Shown one piece after another: positions 13,030 through 25,299 of a DNA stretch of 64,000 nucleotides. This stretch comes from Azolla caroliniana (taxonomy: Eukaryota; Plantae; Polypodiophyta): NCBI GenBank assembly GCA_043228905.1, contig JBHGNT010000004.1, forward strand, positions 310,001 to 374,000, given 5' to 3'. The position numbers and the translations under genes were made by a program. Position 1 is the first letter of the stretch; each line of letters opens with the position of its first letter. The notes under the pieces were generated by a model. That model was not told the DNA's origin. It saw nothing but the letters and a program-made list of their open reading frames with translations, and made no database searches.

Positions 13030-14200
13030 CGTTCTTCTTGTTCTTCTTCGTAAAGCTGTGTCGGCTGCAGAGAGGTTCTCAACCCTCGCGCTCTAATACC
13101 ATGTAGAAAGTAGCGTGCGGAAGCAGGTATGAAGACAGAACAGAGGAAGGAAACTCAGGTTCAATGGAGAGCTTGAGCTTACACGGTATACGCGGGAGAG
13201 ACAGAGAGAGTAAGAGAGAAGACACAAAAACTATATTCAACAATAATACTCAGTCTGTACATAAGACATGCTCAGTGAACACTTTTATACAAGTCCTGGA
13301 AGGACTGACCAAAGTACTGACAGTACTTCAATGCTCATTAAGAGCTCCTACACTAATTCCCAAATATATTCCTCACGGAATATCTTTCCTAACGGCCTCC
13401 CGGTTTACGCACTCGGCCTAACCGATCAGTCCTCGGCTTCTTCAGCCAATCCAGCCGATGTTGAGCTTGTCTCTCAACAATTTGACCACCACATCACTTG
13501 TATCGAGGCTGATCGATTTAGGATTGTTTGCCTTGGAGCTTCCCATCAATGTGTTGTAGTTGGTGTTGAATTCTCAACTTTGGATGGGAAGCAACTTGAG
13601 TTCCACGAGGTCTACTAGGTTAATCCTAGACTGAGTAAGAGCTTATTGTTGCTTAGTCAACTGGATAACATTGGATACTAGGTGGTTGTTACGTGCATAA
13701 CCATAAATGATCACGAGATAGAGTTTCTATACTTTTCCCTTATCTTATGATGAGTGGGTGTAGGTTGATTATGAAGGAACAAGGGTATAAATTGAATTAC
13801 AATTTTACGATGAGAGATAACTATTAAGTGTGTTATCATTTGACCACTTTATATAAAGTAGTCAAATGTGAACATACTAGGGTCTTTGGTTTCTTCCTAC
13901 ATAACAAGGCTAGCTACCTTCTTATCAAGAGAGGCTTGGCTTATCTTGTTAGTTAGGTACCCATTGTATGACTTACATCAACCCTTATGATATGTATAGA
14001 ATATCAAGGAGGTCGGGGCTCATCTCACATCGTCATTAAGAGGAGGTTGGGTAGCCTTCCACCCCTCTTTCCTTTCTTTGGACCATAATTCCTTATGTTT
14101 TACTTAAATAATTGGTTAGACTCTAATGGTGTTGTTCGCCCAACGTTCAAGATCCTAAAAGGGAACTTTTGTGGTTGGGTGGTGCAACAAGAAAACATCA

Positions 14201-14723
14201 TGTTGGGAAAGCTAGTCCATCCAGATGGGAGGAGCCCGAGTCGAATAAGATGGAGTCAATGGGTAACTCGGCCGAGGCTGAAAATCGATCGATTGACAAA
14301 TAGAAAAATCGATTTGGCTAGTAGCCGAGTCGGTTGAAGCCGAGTTGAGGATAATTTTGTAAATAGTCTCAATGTGCCCTTAATGGGCTATATTTGTAAA
14401 TAGCTCATATAGTGTATAAGTATAAATATAGTTAGGGCAAGTAGTTATGTATGAGTGATCATCATTATTGTATAGTTATTGTTGGTTGTTGCCACTGTAA
14501 CTAAGAGAGAGAGAGAGAGAGGGAGAAGTCACAAAATCTCAACCAGGAAGAGAGAGAACTCTGCAAGGTCACATATCATCATATTCGCCATTTGAATTGG
14601 TGTGTAGGGTGGCATTGAGTTTGGTGTCGTAGTTTTCTTTAGATCCCTAGATAGAAGGGGTTCTATAGTTTGTTGTAAGTTAGTCATGGTGGTGTTTTTT
14701 CTTTCGTAATGAAAGCCATTATT

Positions 14724-14758
<35 letters not shown>

Positions 14759-15013
14759 TAACTCTGTCGTCGTCTGTTAGACGAAGACGAGCTTGAGATT
14801 GTTGCCTCTAAGTCTCCCTGTATTCCTCTCTATATATAGTGATTTGTTTCTTGAGGTTTGTGAATCCCCATGGTTTTTCCCTTTCGGGTTTCCACATAAA
14901 AACAACTTGTGTCTATGTATTTCTATTCTCAGTTGTCTGTGTACTGTTGTTCACGATCTTTGCACCCATATTCCAATACATGCTAACCGGTTGTGGCCAG
15001 TCGATTCTTGACA
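14201..15013 (+). mobile_element. Solo LTR (813 bp), same copia family as the LTR at 42458-43065
   Basis: Starts TGTTGGGAAA, ends TTGACA; TSD CATCA (14196-14200 / 15014-15018); both ends match the reverse complement of the 42458-43065 LTR; internal (GA)n tracts. Confidence 0.9.
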
Positions 15014-16392
15014 CATCACTATATTCGTTGCACATGTCTCAATGAGAGCACTCATTACTAAAAGTGATGAATCAACCAATTAGGTTGTATGTGTTGTTCA
15101 TGGTCACCTAGAAATGTCTTGAGTGTGTCGTTGAAGCATGAGATCAAAGTAGGTGGCATAGTGATAGTGATACTTGCCAATCAGCTAAGGCATCCGAAAG
15201 CTAGAGAGGCTCAATTATAGTGGCTCGAGTTGCTTTTTATCATTCAAGATGTGGTGATAACAAATTGCTATGCTTAGCAACATTCACTCACCACAAAGGT
15301 TGCATGTGGTGTGTTGTCCTCCCGGTCCCATTCCTATGCTTTCTTATTTACATAGTCATCCTATATTTGGTCTATCTGGTGCTTGGTGACCCCAAGGACA
15401 TTTTTAGTGTAGGTGATCAGGAAGTTTGCAATTGGTGCTTTGCCCTTGTAATATGATTGTCTTTCTAACAAATTAACAATAGCACATTGACAAGGGTTGT
15501 GGGTCGAAGGTGAATGTCGGTCAAAGGTCAAGCTATTACATCTCAATTGGGGGGTAGGGAAGTTTTGAATGTGAGGGTGGTGCTTTGTGACTATCGAGGT
15601 TGAGGGTGGTCTCGACATTGATATGATGGGTAACATGGCAAGGCATTGTCACGAGAAGTTGTGGCCGCATGTGAAATTATGAGTGGGACCCCTAAGGACC
15701 TTAACCAAGGAAGACAACTTAATGAAATTGTTGATGGTGGGTTGCGAAATTTTGTATTTGCGAGTTGGCATGTCATCATGCTTCTAATGGTCTTTAGCTT
15801 TTTTATATATGTTGAGATCGAGCTCAACTAGGTTTAGTTATTTTGGAAATTATGTAACTTACTAGTTACATAAATAGAATCTAGTTAGTGTGTTGACCTT
15901 AAACCCTTAAATTGGATGTTCTACTTGAGTGGAATACATTCTAGATCCCCCACTCCCAAGTTCATTTAATATAGGACTTGCATCCTTGCACCTATATTAT
16001 CCTCACACATGTGCACCGTTGCACATGAGATGTCGATATACCACATTGTGGGTATACTTCTTTAAGCTATACTGTTGTTAATCATCCCCTATTGTGTAAT
16101 TGTTCATAAGTGTAACTTCCTCACTCTCTCTCTCTCACACACACACACACATCCACACACATATAAGATAGTCTTCCGTTGCTTAACCACATACGTGATT
16201 AACTACTCGCATAATTAGATACTGATTAACCAATAGTTAATTACCTAATTATTAGCAATATATGTATGTGCACTTGTAAAGTCACGCTCAATGCGGTATA
16301 TGATTTTGTCTCTAGCGATTGAGTGTTGTAGAACATGGCCGCCTTCTTTGGAACAACAGAATATTTGTGTCGCCATGTATTTACAAAATGAC

Positions 16393-16525
16393 AATAGGTA
16401 ACCTTTTTACATAGGGCAAGGGAGATTAAGACAATGAAAAAACCTTGACGTTTGAATCAGTTTTTTTATAATAGGTAACCTTTTTACACAGGGCAAGGGA
16501 GAATAAGACAATGAAAAAACCTTGA
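16393..16525. repeat. Near-perfect ~56-bp direct duplication
   Basis: AATAGGTAACCTTTTTACAyAGGGCAAGGGAGAwTAAGACAATGAAAAAACCTTGA at ~16393 and ~16470. Confidence 0.85.
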
Positions 16526-17002
16526 GGGGATATGATTGAGTTTTGGCATAGTAAGTTTTGATTAATGACAGGTTTCCTTGGTCATTGTAGGCCTCCCACT
16601 TGTCCTTGTGATTCGCTAACTTGTGATTTCATTTGTTAACAAAGTTTGGGCATTTGACTCTCAAATTCTACGAACCCAACAATGAGCTCTCTTGCTCGTC
16701 ATACATATATAGTTCAAGATTGGCATTTTTAACATGCACAATTGGCTTTTCTTTTAGTATTCACTTCTAACAAGCAATTGATGCCAATAAAAGGTTTGTT
16801 GATGTGTTTATATTTCATGCTTGCTTCATTGTCATTGTTTATGCATTGTAAACTCATCTTTTTCTCTCCATCACCCTTGATGGGTTTTGAACCCTAGTTA
16901 ACCGCTCGAAGAAAAAGGAATTGTGGTGGTAATCATCAAATAGAATAGATAGTCCCATTAGTCAAAAAATTTAAAGTTTCGAGGCATTGCATGAGCTTAA
17001 TT

Positions 17003-17620
17003 ATCACAATCATATTAATTGCACATAAAACCCAATGTTACAACTTCTTAGTCTTCTCTACCTATGTAGGTAGGTGGACACCCTATAAAGCCATTAAAAA
17101 ACTTGAATATGCATTTGAAAAACAATCCCACATGGTCCAACATCCAAAAATTCCACGAGAATGTCTTTCAAACTCTTAACATAGGTTTAGCCCCATGCCT
17201 ACCATTAAACAAGAAAGAATTTCACATATTCCAAATGTGTTGTAAACCCCAATATCATAAAAATCGGAATATGATCTCTAGCTCATCATTTGGAACATTC
17301 TGAACATGTTGAACAAAAACCCATTGTTGAGGCATCAAATAACAACGAGATAACACTTGTCAAATCTTTGATAAGTACGTCCAAATGCTGTGAGCTACAA
17401 GGCGTTTAATGAACCTATGTGTGTTGTTTTCTAACAAAATGGTGCAAAAGAAGCATGTACTTCCCAATCATCATTTGTTTAAGGCTGAACCTAATGGAAG
17501 TTCACCGATCATGACTCTCCATATAAATACCTTTGCATGAAATGGCAAATGGGAATGCCAAGTTCCAACAATGCTGCAATATTTGCCACAACCTTGCATT
17601 TGACTTACATACATTCCACA
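17003..17620 (-). mobile_element. Degenerate LINE 3' fragment (ORF2 C-terminal zf-RVT-like region and 3'UTR)
   Basis: Minus strand reads CFFCTILLENNTHRFIK...IW...PQQWVF...YWGLQHIWNM with stops; homologous to 53317-53810. Confidence 0.75.
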
Positions 17621-19953
17621 CCTTTTCTGCTTTAGGTCATAGCGAAGACAATGATGTTAATGCATGATGATAAAATATATTTGTAGTGACTTGCAACAAA
17701 TTTGTACCATCCTTTAACTACTTGATATCGCGCAAGTGCTTAAGTAATGCATCAATAGCACTTAAGATCAATTACAATTGAAACCATTGATTATCTACGC
17801 CTCTTGTTTCTACATAATTAACTAAGTTAAAGTATAAGTATAATGTTTTTGTAATGATCATGTCATTCTCTTAATTATGTTAAAGTATAAGAGAGGAGAT
17901 ATGGAGTTTGTCACGGTGCTTGATACTACTTCAGTAGCTTGGGAGTGATTGACAACTACTCTTACATCTTTCTTCCACAATAGGGTAAATGATTGTGTGA
18001 GCTCACATCACTACCTTGGTAGAGAGAGAGAGAGAGAGAGATGTGTCAGGTGTAACACAACTCAAGTTGATAGGTACGTCATTGGCAACATGAAAACTTC
18101 AACGTTGTATCCCTATCATTTGCTTCTTAATTATAGCAATTAATTGCTCAACTATGGATTATTAAGATTGGAAAGTTACAACATTATGACGCAAAATGTG
18201 CACAATGGATAAGAAGCGATTTATTCCCAATTATGTGATTATTGAGAGTTGAAAGCTATAAAATCACGACACAAAAGGTGCACAATGGATGCATAAAGTA
18301 ATAGGTGGAAACAAGTTGTTCATTAAGAAAACAACACATCTAACATGCTTAAGAGTAAAGCCATGAAACGATAATTGTAACTCCTATCCCTTTTCCATAT
18401 ATCTCCACGGGTACTAATACACAAAAATACCTTTGTCAACTGCATGATATTTTTGAAACTATAGTAGGCATTTCCATAGCACTTATTAATACACGGGATA
18501 TACATAACAAAAAAATCACTATTATGTTTGAAAACTAAATTTAAAACATGAAAATTTATTATTTTGACCTAGAAAATGAAAAAGTATGCCCACTTGTTTT
18601 CAGAAGTGCCCATGTATACCAGGTCAAAGTCAAGGTTCCTAACAACACGATTATACCTTGCGAGTTAAATTGTGAAAATGAACTAGTAGCTCGCCAAATG
18701 ATAAATGATCATGTTCTCTAATTGATCAAGCCACACACTTAATTCTCACTAGAAAATGGGCATCTCCTCGTTCAGATAATTTGAACCGAAGCATATAAGC
18801 ATATTGAAAAAGGAACTTTGAAATAGATTAGGGTTTTCCCTTATTTTCCCGAATGCCCCGCCGGGGATTTTGTTCTTCTTGATGAGTGCCCTCCATCTCT
18901 CCTTTTAACTTCATTAATTTGAGGAACCGACCGGAGAGTTTCTAAAATAACGCGTATAATAAATTGCTTCTGGTGTGGACCGAGGGCAGTCGAAGGAAAT
19001 AACAAAAACGCAGGGTCATATGGGGGAACTGGAAAAAGAGTTGAAAAGGCAACAATGATTTGATTGAATCTAGAGATAAAATGCTGAAAAGCACTTAGTC
19101 TAGCAGAAGAAGGAGTTGACTCAGATCTCTGCTTCAATGGAGCCTTCTATTTGATCGTCCAAAAAACTAATTGGTAAGTTTGAATTAAAGTTTTCTCTTC
19201 TTTTTTTTATTCATTGCTTCAAGTTTAGGATAGCAGAGAAACAATACAATGTTTGTGAGTTCTTTTCCCCATTTTTAATTCTCTTTTGATATTTTGTTGG
19301 TAAAATCCTCTCCTGTTAATGGGTTTGTCATCTTTTTTATTAAATTTTTTATTTTGATTAAGAAAATGATGCCTTTTTCTCATCCTGTAATTTAATCGTG
19401 ATGAGGGGGCAAGTACTCTTATTTAGTGGGTTTGTAACATAATTCTTTCTTTCTTTATTTCTTATGGAGAAAATCTTCCATCGTCTTAGCTTATATAATA
19501 AGCCTTATGGGTCTTCGATCCATACCTAACTAGTTTGTCATTGAAAACCACAGAATTTAATGTGAATTTTGGAGTAGATAATGTAAAAGGGAAGGATGTG
19601 TTGTGTATCGAACTAAATCGATGGGATTAATTTGATAAAGCATATAGAATAATCCACATTTTAGCTGCTTTCTGAGGGTAATTAGGTGATTGTATATCAC
19701 GTATGTATCGTTGCTAACTCATGAATATGCATGTGTGTGTGTGTGTGTGTGTGTGTGTATTAGCTAAATCATTTAATGTACTGAAAATTTCATCATTTCA
19801 TTGGTATGCGGTGTGAATCATGGCTTAAGTGACATTATCTTGTGACACTCTGATTTATAATCATGCTATTTGTGTTTATGTAGGTAGATAACTTGAGCAT
19901 TGCTTCACTATCTTGAAGATTGCATAATGTTTTATAACAGGAAGGCCATAAAG

Positions 19954-22900
19954 ATGGATGGACAGAAGAAACTGTTTGTCAGGTAATGCTTTGTGAATAA
20001 ATGTAGTTCTGTGATCCAATATCTGTCCAAAATAAAGGCTTTGATCCATTTTTTTCTTAGCCTTATGCAGTGTTTTCTTTGATTACGTGTTTATGGATGG
20101 CATGGTTTTTTTCTGTTGAGATTCATAGTTTCTGCTGTTATCGTTTCTTCCAAATCATTACTTCGTTTTTATTGATATTCTACCTGTACTTTTCACCTTT
20201 GTTTTCTTTCTGCTGTCTTCACTTGGGGATTCTCTTTATGCCTTTAATCCTATGATTTAATCCTCATTTTCCTTTGCCTATTTGAATGTTCTCATTGTTA
20301 CTTTAAACTTATATTTGTAAGCTCAAACAATTTTTTTGTTCGTCCTTATGAAAGTTGTGCATATTATAACATAATACATTCCTTTGCCTTTTCTTTTTTG
20401 GTTGGGTTTTTTAGCAGATTTCAAAATCCCATGTATAATGATCCAACACTTGAAGTTGAAAGTGGACTACTAGTAAATTTAAAGAGAAAATCTGATAGAA
20501 ACCCAAATGGATTACACAATAAGGTTGACAAGGTCGAAGGTGATGAAACAAATAGAGAGGGTATTTTGGATCCAACGGGAAAAGCTTGGAATCAGTGGAA
20601 TGGTGTATTTCTTTGCTCTTGTTTGGCAGCCCTTTTCATCGATCCTTTATTCTTTTACCTACCAGTTGTTGATGACTCAAACATTTGCCTGAAGATAGAT
20701 ACACGCTTAGCCATAATTATCACCTTATTAAGGACAATCACAGACATATTCCACTTGGTTCACATCGCAGTCTCGTTTCGAACTGGCTATATCGCATCTT
20801 CGTCCCGAATTCTTGGTCGAGGAGAACTTATTGTTAATCCATGGCGGATTGCGAAAAGATACCTTTCAAAGCATTTCATTCTGGATGTTATTGCTGTGTT
20901 ACCTTTACCACAGGTTTTGCTTCTCTCATACTTCAATTTAAAAGTATTATTATAATGAAAATATTTCAGTGAAACCTTTTAAAACAGTATATCATTTTGA
21001 TGCATAGTTAATGGTTGATAAAAGTCTGAGTTGCAGTTTTGACCATTATTTTCTATCAAGTTAACATTGTTATCATCTTTATACAAGAAGTCTACATGAT
21101 GATAATGCAAACTCATGAAAGAGAAGAAAACAAGAAAGATATATTAACTTCTCTAAACCACTATAATGATTCATTAGATATGATGAAGATTATAACAATT
21201 GTTTATGTTAACTAGTCAATTCGAATAACAGAAGAAAATGAAAGAAAAGAAAAACACTTTGTACTCAAAATGGCTTGAAATTTAACCATGAACAATCAAC
21301 AATGAGGCTCGGTGAAATTTCTTTAAAACTAGCTAGATTGCCTGGTGACCAAGGAGAAAAATATTATTACATGAAAGGATTGCAATGGAACAAAGAAGAG
21401 AGCAAATAAAGATGTTTTAGTATCTGGAAAAGAGTGACAAATGGCCTATGAGAGAAAGTCATGATATTACACTGAAGATATTGTCTCTTCTATGAGAATA
21501 ATGAAAGATATGATAATACAATACTTGAAGGATTGCAATGGAACAAAGAAGAGAGCAAATAAAGATGTTTTAGTATCTGGAAAAGAGTGACAAATGGCCT
21601 ATGAGAGAAAGTCATGATATTACACTGAAGATATTGTCTCTTCTATGAGAATAATGAAAGATATGATAATACAATACTTGAATACACCTGACAATGAGCT
21701 ATGAGAATCTCATAATGTTGGGCGGAAATATGGAAACATGCTTTAAAGACTTGCTGAAATGCTGGGAAAAGCAATGCATGATTGTTGAAATAGATAAGGA
21801 TAGTGAAAATTGCAGTTGGTTCTCTTGGATGAGGATAATGTAATTATGGATATTTTATAATATTTATGATTAGTTGAGAAGGGAACTCGTAAATTCATAA
21901 TGGGTCTGGTTTGTTGATGAATAAATCTATTTGTAGGTTGTAATATGGGCAGTGATCCCACACCTGCAAGGGACAACTGCCGATAACACAAAGAATGCAT
22001 TGCGTTTTATCATTCTCATTCAGTTGATACCAAGGGTCTACCCCTTGATCCAGCAACTTGGGAAGACGTCAAAAATCGTAACTGAGACAGCTTGGGCCGG
22101 AGCAGCATATAACTTAGTACTCTATATGCTGGTCAGCCATGTAAGTGCCCATTTTTTCATCTGTTCATTATCTAAGAGTCCATTATCATGTAAGATTCCA
22201 TCACCATACGTTTAGTTAAGAATGCTACAATATATACACATTTGTATTTTTCATTTATTTACTTCCTAAGATTCTATTATTTATTTTTTGATGCTTTCTT
22301 TAGTTCTTTGGTGCTTGCTATTACCTTCTTGCTGTTGAGAGGAAAGATACTTGCTGGCGACAACAATGCGACAAAGATTGCAATCCAAAATATTTTGATT
22401 GTAGCGTGGATCAAAATGGCTACGTCTGGAACTCAACCGATCTTCAGTTACAATGTTCAGCCAATGGTTCCAATGACAATTTTGACTTTGGAATATATTC
22501 CGATTCTATTCAAAATGGAATCATAAGCACAAACAAGTTTGTCGACAAATATTTTTACTGCCTATGGTTTGGTTTACGCAACTTAAGGTGCAACCCCCTC
22601 TTTCTTTATTTTACTAAAAAGCTGTTTGATATAGTAAAATTTCTTAATTTTGAGTTATCGTTGACATATTTCTAAGGCTTTTTTTTTCAGTACTTTGGGA
22701 CAGGGTCTGGAGACTAGTTCTTATGACGGGGAGGTCATTTTTTCTATTATAATTGTTATTGTTGGACTCACTCTATTTGCCCAACTACTTGGTAAAATGC
22801 AGGTGAAAGATAAATCGTCCTTGTGAATCCATTGGGATTTCTTTTGTTCAGTTAATTGCATTGCGATTTTTATATCCATAACTGGAATGATGTTTTAATT

Positions 22901-24812
22901 CCGATCTTCCACATTTGAATGAAATAGTTAGTATACATTCTGAAGTAGGTCAGTCCTTGGGACTTTCTTGTTAAAAACATGGTTCACATTTGTCTGTATT
23001 ATAATCCAGTTTTATCATCATCCCCTTGCGATAGTGTCTTACAGCACCCTTTATATTAACAAAATATTATTCAACATTTAATGCATAATATATGTTCACA
23101 CATTTAGCCTGGTTTTGCTGTTGTTGTTTTTTTTGTTTTTTTATGCGTTACTGTAATCTCTCTTCAAACACGTTACAAGTGATGGACTGATCATTTGAAA
23201 ATTTCTCATCGTTCTTGCAGACTTACTTGCAATCCTTAACGGTAAAGTTTGAGGAAATGAGGCTTAAAAGGCGTGACATGGAGCAATGGATGCAGCATCG
23301 CCAAATAGACCCAAAGCTGCGTGAACAAATCCGAAAATATGAGCAATACAAGTGGCTAGAAACAAGAGGTGTGAATGAGGAAGAGGTAGTTCAGGTGCTG
23401 CCTAAGGATTTGCGCCGGGATATCAAGAGACATTTATGCTTACATCTAGTCAAAAAGGTACGTGTATCGATTCTTTCTCATAATTAGATTGTCTTTTTTG
23501 TTGGGGTCGTCTTAGCAGATACAATGCTCAAAACCCATAACAAAACAGCATTGTTTAATGTCGATTTGCACTTGAAATTTCCCATTCGATTCTGAACTCG
23601 AAGTAAGAAAGAGAACTTGCCAAATTTTGAGAAATTATAGTCGCTTCATTCTGTCTGACATCTCTTTTGGCAAATCCTAATAAACGATAAGAGGACAGAC
23701 ATCTGGTTTTTTCCATATTATCATATCTAAACAAGGTTAATAGACTTTTGGATGACCTAATACTAGTAATGATGTTGGCAAAAGGATATTCTTCTGTATT
23801 CCCAGACATGTTTATCTTTGCTAAGATACAGTAATGTAATATTTATTTGTTCATTTCTTTCTTTCATTATTCTATACGATATTTTCATTTGGATTATCTT
23901 GTTGAGTCCTGTGGAGGCCATTTAAGTTTTTAGAGGCATTAATACATGTTTCATTCTTTCTTGCTCTTTGAAAGATACGAAGCTTTCAATTTTCTTGTTA
24001 GTTAATGGTATAGTGAATGGATTGGTTTCATGAAGCTTGTAAAAGGTAATTTTTCTTTACCACACATACACACAAAATGATCGTTATTTTTTTCTTCTGA
24101 AGGCTTGCTCTTTGTTTGCCAGGTTGATTTGTTTGCAATCATGGATGAGCAACTAATCGACGCAATATGCGAGCGCCTTCAACCCACTCTTTTTACCCCA
24201 GGGACGGATGTGATGCGAGAAGGAGATCCGGTGAATGAGATGCTCTTTATTTTTCAGGGCTACCTCAAGAGCACAACAAATGGAGGAAGCGCCGGGTTAT
24301 CAAATGTGGGCAAGCTAGGACCAGGCCTTTTCTGTGGGGAGGAGCTTCTCACATGGGCATTAGACCCTAAATCGGGAGGAATCTTTCCTTATTCAGTGCA
24401 AACCATAACCGCTGAAACCGATGTAGAAGCATTTGCATTGAAAGCTGAAGATTTGAAGTTTGTGGCAACTCGATTCCGACGCTTGCAAAGCAAACAAGTG
24501 CAACATAAATTTAGGTATTACTCTCAACGATGGAGGATATGGGCAACTTGCTCTATTCAAGCAGCATGGCGACGGTACCAGAGAAGAAAGCTTGATGAAG
24601 CTCGACGGAAAGAAGAAACTATGAAAGCTCCAATTGAGCAAGGCCAAGGAAGTGCTAACTTTGGGACAGCTCTCTTAGTTTCTCGGTTTGCTGTCAATGC
24701 AATGCGTGGTGTTCACCGACTCCGTAACCTTCACGCTGGTGAAGAACGGCTTTCTTACTTGAAGTTGCAAAAACCAGCTGAGCCTGATTTCTCAGTCGAA
24801 GACATGGATTGA
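19954..24812 (+). CDS. CNGC: Plant cyclic nucleotide-gated cation channel (GQG filter, CNBD, IQ motif), 7 coding exons
   Basis: Exons 19954-19982, 20418-20913, 21937-22140, 22304-22587, 22691-22802, 23221-23457, 24123-24812. MDGQKKLFVRFQ start, DPLFFYLP, ETAWAGAAYNL, pore WFGLRNLSTLGQGLETS, C-linker LPKDLRRDIKRHLCL, FCGEELLTWALDP, IQAAWRRY, terminal KPAEPDFS. A probable non-coding 5' exon ends near 19172. Confidence 0.94.
21375..21682. repeat. Apparently perfect 153-bp tandem duplication in CNGC intron 2
   Basis: AAGGATTGCAATGG...ATACTTG unit at 21375 and 21528. Confidence 0.93.
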
Positions 24813-25299
24813 GTTAAGTTTCTTTATAGATTTGAGAGAATATATAGAATGTGTTGATCTGTGTTGGAAAGAAATCATCTCAATTCAAGCCTCTCCATTG
24901 TAAATGTTAGTGCACATCATGGTCATGATCATTCACATTGGGAACATAATGCTATTTGACCCAAATTGTATGGCATTATTGCTGATTGACTCCTGACTTG
25001 TACCATATAATCATCCTTCAGTGGGTTTATCCATTACAAGATTTCTTTGAAGAACCTTAATCGACATATTTATGTAAAAATATTTTTAAAATACATGCGC
25101 ATTAAACCATTGATACATGTTGACATCAGTCAACATAATGTAACGCGAGGTAGGATTGTAGCTTTTTAAAGACCTCTGTAATCTAATAGACCTTAACCAA
25201 TGATCTATATTATCAAGCATGGGATTTAGATTGGGATGGATTTCCATATTCTTCAACATTATGTAGTTTATCATTGATGGCCCTATTCGCTAGTTGTCA

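Larger units (their letters stand above)
9669..13479 (-). mobile_element. Ty1/copia LTR retrotransposon, internally deleted (no integrase), non-autonomous
   Basis: TG..CA LTRs at 9669-10055 (387 bp) and 13102-13479 (378 bp); 5-bp TSD ATTTG (9664-9668 / 13480-13484); PBS TGGTATTAGAGC (tRNA-iMet type, 1 mismatch) at 13090-13101; PPT AGCTTGAGGGGGAG at 10056-10069. Confidence 0.96.
9570..13690 (+). pseudogene. Old degenerate Ty1/copia protease-region remnant, split by the younger copia insertion (host portions ~9570-9668 and 13480-13690)
   Basis: Joining across the ATTTG TSD gives W-M-L-D-F-D-T-S-F-H-L-T (copia WxLDSGASFHVT). This is followed by ..IVCLGASHQCVVVG..FHEVY*VNPRLSKSLLLLSQLDNIGY, resembling VRVGNSQHCDIIG..LHNVRHVPELSRPLISVGQLDEDG in the intact copia of this window. 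Confidence 0.7.
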
